A DNA stretch of 40,542 nucleotides, from the NCBI GenBank assembly GCA_037441725.1, contig JBBIRT010000004.1, positions 9,908-50,449 of the forward strand. The letters run 5' to 3'. The stretch is from Deltaproteobacteria bacterium (GTDB taxonomy: Bacteria; Desulfobacterota; BSN033; UBA1163). Shown here piece after piece: positions 36,523 through 40,542 of the stretch; the first letter of the stretch is position 1; every line of letters begins with the position of its first letter. The translations under genes were made by a program, and so were the position numbers. The notes beneath the pieces are model-generated. The model searched no databases. It was not told the origin of the DNA and was given only the letters and a program-made list of their open reading frames with translations.

Positions 36523-38237
36523 TCTCCAACATTGAGTTTCGTGATGATGACAGGAGTGGTGCTTAATTCCATGGCCCCATCTTTTTTAAGTACCTGGGTA
36601 TGTTTGAGCCAGGCTGGATCAGTCTCTGGGTAATCTTCACGATAATGGGCACCTCTGCTCTCTTTTCTAAAGAGGGCTGATCGGACGATCATTTCTGCAA
36701 CATCCAACATATATGGAACTTGAATGGACTCTACCCATCCAAGATTGAATCTCATTCCTTGAGGAGCACGTATCTTAGGAAGATCATTTTTTCTAATAGA
36801 ATCGATCTCTGATAAAGCCTTCAAAAGCCCAGTTTCTGTTCGGGCCACTCCGACATATTCCGCCATAATGGTAGCCAATCTATCCATCAATATCTTTGGA
36901 GCGATTCCTTGATTTTTGAAGAATCCCAATAGCCTTTCATGTTCCTCTTTAACGATCGTTTGTTCAGATTCAATCCAATTCGATTTCTTTGCAAATTCTC
37001 CTGCATATCTTCCGGCCCTTGCACCAAAGACGATAATTTCAACCAGAGCATTTCCACCCATTCGATTGGCTCCATGAACCCCACCTGAAACCTCCCCTGC
37101 TGCAAAAAGCCCTTCTATATTGGTCTCACCTCTTTCATTAATTCGAACCCCTCCCATAAAAAAGTGAGCTCCGCCCGGGGTAAATTCGATTCTCCATTTT
37201 TTTGGATCAGGATCCTTGACGCTCATCGCCTTGATCAATTTCCATCTTTCTTTTGCGATTTCTACAGCGAGGGAAAGTTTAAGCTGTTCCTCAATCTCCT
37301 CACTCGAAAGAGGAGACACGGTAAGATCGATGTAGACTCCTCCTCGTTCCGTTCCTCTTCCTTCTTTAATCTCTTTGTAAGCGAGCCTTTGAATCGCGTC
37401 TCTTGGAAGGGGTAATTTCATGAATTCCTGACCGAGTGCATTCACATATTTTCCTCCACACATACTGACGAGCAGGGCGGGGTTGCCCAGAAGCCAGGGA
37501 GGATAGAGTTGATTGCCAGTGAACTGAACCATCTCCATATCAATCAGCTCTGCGCCGATATGATAGGCTAAGGCATAACCCATTCCGGTTGCATGACCAT
37601 GCATCCCAAACGGGGCATTGGTAGAGTGGGGGTACAGTTCTCCCAAACCTCCTGAGGCGAGAATCGTTGATTTAGCTTCGATGACAAAGAAATCACCGGT
37701 CCTGATATTGAGAACAGTCGCTCCAATAACCTTCTTACCCGCCATGAGTAGTTTGGTGGCAATAGCATCCTCCATAGGAGTGACATTGGGGTGACGTTCA
37801 AGCTCATTTCTTAAGGCTGCCATGTAAGTGACCCCTGGGATATAGTGTCCCCTTGGGAATGAGGGCCCATCTTTAGGGGCATCAGGGGATTGCCCCCCTC
37901 CATGTGCCTTCTTGGCGAAGGTAAGCATCTTTGCTCCCCATTGGACCAACTCTTCTGCTCTTTGGGGTCCTTCCTCGACTAAAACCTCTATGAGGTTTTG
38001 ATCATTTAAATAGCATCCAATTTGAATGATATCTTTAAAAAGATAATGGGGCCTGTCTTCTGGATGGGAGACCCATTGCATTCCCCCATTGGCCATTGAG
38101 GTCAGGCCACTCTTTCCAATGGGCCCTTGATTGAGGATAACAATACTCAGTTCCGGGTAATTCCTCGCCACTTCAATGGCTGCCCGTGCTCCAGCCCCCC
38201 CTGCACCGATCACCAATACATCCGTTTTGATTTTCAT
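36519..38237 (-). CDS. SdhA/FrdA/TfrA-family flavoprotein with a non-canonical active site
   Basis: DVLVIGAGGAG, DMEMVQF, HFFMGG, GLFAAGE, HGANRMGGN and RKESRGAHYREDYP motifs. Confidence 0.88.
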   Translation of the reverse strand: MKIKTDVLVIGAGGAGARAAIEVARNYPELSIVILNQGPIGKSGLTSMANGGMQWVSHPEDRPHYLFKDIIQIGCYLNDQNLIEVLVEEGPQRAEELVQWGAKMLTFAKKAHGGGQSPDAPKDGPSFPRGHYIPGVTYMAALRNELERHPNVTPMEDAIATKLLMAGKKVIGATVLNIRTGDFFVIEAKSTILASGGLGELYPHSTNAPFGMHGHATGMGYALAYHIGAELIDMEMVQFTGNQLYPPWLLGNPALLVSMCGGKYVNALGQEFMKLPLPRDAIQRLAYKEIKEGRGTERGGVYIDLTVSPLSSEEIEEQLKLSLAVEIAKERWKLIKAMSVKDPDPKKWRIEFTPGGAHFFMGGVRINERGETNIEGLFAAGEVSGGVHGANRMGGNALVEIIVFGARAGRYAGEFAKKSNWIESEQTIVKEEHERLLGFFKNQGIAPKILMDRLATIMAEYVGVARTETGLLKALSEIDSIRKNDLPKIRAPQGMRFNLGWVESIQVPYMLDVAEMIVRSALFRKESRGAHYREDYPETDPAWLKHTQVLKKDGAMELSTTPVIITKLNVGE

Positions 38238-38313
38238 TAAAAATCACCCCTCAAATCTCTCTATGGGCTCCCTTTAGGCCTTTCTAATATTACCATAATC
38301 ATTGAGTGGAGCA

Positions 38314-38341
38314 ATTATACAAAAGTAGAATTTCTAATCAA
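38314..38341 (-). promoter_or_regulatory. Candidate sigma70 promoter of the flavoprotein operon
   Basis: Minus strand TTGATT, 16-bp spacer, TATAAT; the spacer overlaps a palindrome TAGAA-T-TTCTA (38326-38336). Confidence 0.5.
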
Positions 38342-38374
38342 GTCCTATCTTTCTTTCCCTTTTCTTTTTATTGG

Positions 38375-39271
38375 TCATAGGGTTCCTCTAAGTCTGGGAT
38401 CGAGGGCATCTCTTAATCCGTCTCCCACCATATTAAAGGCAAATACCACTAACATAATGGCTGCACCAGGTGCAAAAGAAAGTATAGGAAGCTTCATAAG
38501 GTATCGATAGCCTTCATTCACCATCGCTCCCCAGGCTGCTCCAGGGGGTTCAATTCCGATTCCCAGAAAACTGAGACTGGCCTCCGCCAGGATCAGAAAT
38601 CCCAACTGTAGGGTGATGACCACGATGATGGGTGGGAATGCATTTGGAAGGATATGTCGCACCATAATACGCAGACTTCCAGAACCCATGGCTTGTTCAG
38701 CCAGAATGTAATCATTTTCTTTAATGGTCAGGGCCATTCCACATGTCACCCTGGTATAGACCGGAACGGTAGCAATCCCCAATGCTAAAATTACATTGTG
38801 AATTCCTCCCCCTAACAGGGCTGCAATTAAAAGGGCCAGGACAATCATGGGGAAAGGCATAAAAACATCTGTAAGCCTCATAATGATCATATTGATCAAT
38901 CCCCCAAAATATCCTGCGATGATTCCAAGGGTGATCCCGATGGATGCTGAAATGGCCATGGATGAGAACCCTACGATCATCGCTGTCCTTGAACCATAGA
39001 TGAGCCGACTTAGTGTATCTCTGCCAATCGCATCTGTTCCAAGGAGATGATCCTTTGAGGGTTGAAGTAGAATATTGTTTAAGTCCTGTTGATATGGATC
39101 GTAAGGCGCCAACCAGTTAGCAAAGAATGCCGTAAAACTAAAAATCAATAATATGAATAATCCGAACATGACCATTCTGCGTTGAAAAAATACTCTACAG
39201 AAACGTCTCCATTCGCTGATATGGGGAGGGGCCTCAGAGGGACCTAACATGGTGGTTTTTTTTGCTGACAT
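38375..39271 (-). CDS. Peptide/nickel ABC permease (OppC/DppC)
   Basis: HLLGTDAIGRD, RHILPN, EASLSFLG and GDGLRDALDPR motifs. Confidence 0.93.
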   Translation of the reverse strand: MSAKKTTMLGPSEAPPHISEWRRFCRVFFQRRMVMFGLFILLIFSFTAFFANWLAPYDPYQQDLNNILLQPSKDHLLGTDAIGRDTLSRLIYGSRTAMIVGFSSMAISASIGITLGIIAGYFGGLINMIIMRLTDVFMPFPMIVLALLIAALLGGGIHNVILALGIATVPVYTRVTCGMALTIKENDYILAEQAMGSGSLRIMVRHILPNAFPPIIVVITLQLGFLILAEASLSFLGIGIEPPGAAWGAMVNEGYRYLMKLPILSFAPGAAIMLVVFAFNMVGDGLRDALDPRLRGTL

Positions 39272-39378
39272 GATTTAAATTTTACAATTCCTTTGGTACA
39301 ATGAATGGTGAATGATATATGATGAACAATAGAAATAGTAGACCTTCTCTCGTTCAATGTTCCTTTTTGGGTGAAGAG

Positions 39379-40338
39379 TTACCCATACTTTATCCTTGGA
39401 TCAAGCCAGCCATAGGAGATGTCAACAATCAGATTTGCAAATACGACCATCGCTGCAAAGATGAGAGTACAGGACTGAACCACTGCATAGTCCTGGGCAA
39501 AGATACTAGTGACCATCAAATAACCGATCCCAGGAATAGAGAACACCGTTTCGACAATCACTGAACCGCCAAAAATCCAACCAAAATGTAGTCCAAGAAC
39601 GGTAATAACCGGGATAAGACTATTTTTTAGAGCATGCCTTAATACGATTAATCTTTCTCTTAACCCTTTAGACCAGGCCGTGCGAATAAAATCTTGCCTG
39701 ATCACCTCGAGCATGCTGGATCTCATCTGGCGTGCTGTAGCAGCTAAAGCTCCAATAGAAAGGCATATCACAGGCATGATTGCCTGTTTGGTGCTCATCC
39801 AAAAATCCTTTAAAGGTGATGTATAACCGATGATGGGCAACCAATTGAGCTTAAGGCCAAAAATGTAAATCATCAATATCCCAAGCCAGAAGATAGGCAC
39901 GGTTATTCCAATATAGGTTAATGGGGTGACCACCCTATCTGCCCATTGACCCCGCCTTATTGCAGCAAGCAGTCCTGCCAGGATGCCTAAGAATGTACTT
40001 AGGAGGAAAGCCATTAGACCTAAGTGGATCGTTACAGGGTATCGTTCAAGAAGTAGCCTGCTTACAGGCTGATTGTAGAAGATTGAATCTCCGAAGTCTC
40101 CTCTAACCACTCCGTAGACCCACTTCACGTATTGCACCCATATCGGTCTATCCAATCCAAACTGGTGGCGTAACTTTTCAATCCCTTCCTCTGATAAGCT
40201 GGAGAGCTGTTGGCTTTGACCGAGATAGATCACCAGTGGATCACCCGGGAGAAGTCGCATGGCTAAGAAAATAACAAGGGTAACCATGAAAAGTACAAAT
40301 AGGGTCTGGATCAGGCGACGGATAATATAGGTGGTCAT
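39379..40338 (-). CDS. Peptide/nickel ABC permease (OppB/DppB)
   Basis: YIIRRL, PGDP, GDFGDS, RTAWSKGL, HALKNS, ETVFSIPGIG and LDPRI motifs; start set at ATG 40338. Confidence 0.93.
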   Translation of the reverse strand: MTTYIIRRLIQTLFVLFMVTLVIFLAMRLLPGDPLVIYLGQSQQLSSLSEEGIEKLRHQFGLDRPIWVQYVKWVYGVVRGDFGDSIFYNQPVSRLLLERYPVTIHLGLMAFLLSTFLGILAGLLAAIRRGQWADRVVTPLTYIGITVPIFWLGILMIYIFGLKLNWLPIIGYTSPLKDFWMSTKQAIMPVICLSIGALAATARQMRSSMLEVIRQDFIRTAWSKGLRERLIVLRHALKNSLIPVITVLGLHFGWIFGGSVIVETVFSIPGIGYLMVTSIFAQDYAVVQSCTLIFAAMVVFANLIVDISYGWLDPRIKYG

Positions 40339-40395
40339 CTTATCCTTATACCCTAATCCTAAGCCAAATAATTTTAAACAGGACTCTTTTAAATG

Positions 40396-40443
40396 CAAGG
40401 GTGACCCAGGGATTTATAAGTGTTATCCCCTGAATCACCCTTG
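40396..40443 (-). other. Intergenic RNA stem-loop upstream of the permease gene
   Basis: CAAGGGTGA/TCACCCTTG forms a perfect 9-bp outer stem. On the minus-strand RNA it extends by U-G pairs into CAGGG/CCCUG. Confidence 0.6.
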
Positions 40444-40460
40444 TTTTAATAACCAATCCC

Positions 40461-40542
40461 CTACTTCTTCTCTATCCAGTCGTTGTTGATCCACCATTAA
40501 GTCCAGTCCACTTCTTTATAATAATTGGAATGGACTTAGGTT
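40461..40542 (-). pseudogene. Possible C-terminal end of a peptide ABC substrate-binding protein with two in-frame TAA codons
   Basis: Minus frame reads T*VHSNYYKEVDWT*WWINNDWIEKK*. The position upstream of oppBC and the Trp-rich ending fit a binding protein, but only 27 codons are visible. Confidence 0.3.

Overview
Chromosomal window from a probable anaerobic bacterium; the gene content suggests Desulfobacterota/Deltaproteobacteria, which is inference only. Left part (1-11.2 kb): branched-chain amino acid ABC genes, a lone peptide-ABC ATPase, acyl-CoA dehydrogenase, comEC, an adenosine-kinase-like gene, a TPP enzyme and an NtrC-type sigma54 activator. Middle part (about 11.4-25.2 kb) is the most unusual: one gene that appears to fuse both T6SS sheath subunits (TssB+TssC), next to a double-FHA protein, PP2C phosphatase, secreted trypsin-like protease, PEGA-domain Ser/Thr kinase, a Cys-less redoxin-TPR-CsgG-like protein, a CsgG-like lipoprotein and two tandem [CsgG-like/TPR + outer-membrane beta-barrel] units. 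One of these units carries an in-frame TAG. No Hcp, VgrG, baseplate, membrane-complex or ClpV genes are recognisable in the window. Right part (25.3-40.5 kb): an anaerobic redox/catabolic cluster (non-canonical FrdA/TfrA-like flavoprotein, lone 2Fe-2S protein, GlcDEF-like trio, SDRs, tungsten AOR, cupin) and peptide ABC permeases. Three intergenic copies of a 227-bp MITE-like element with GTAATGC...GCATTAC ends and 8-bp target-site duplications are dispersed through the window. No rRNA, tRNA or CRISPR array was seen. All protein calls come from motif recognition by eye; no searches were run.
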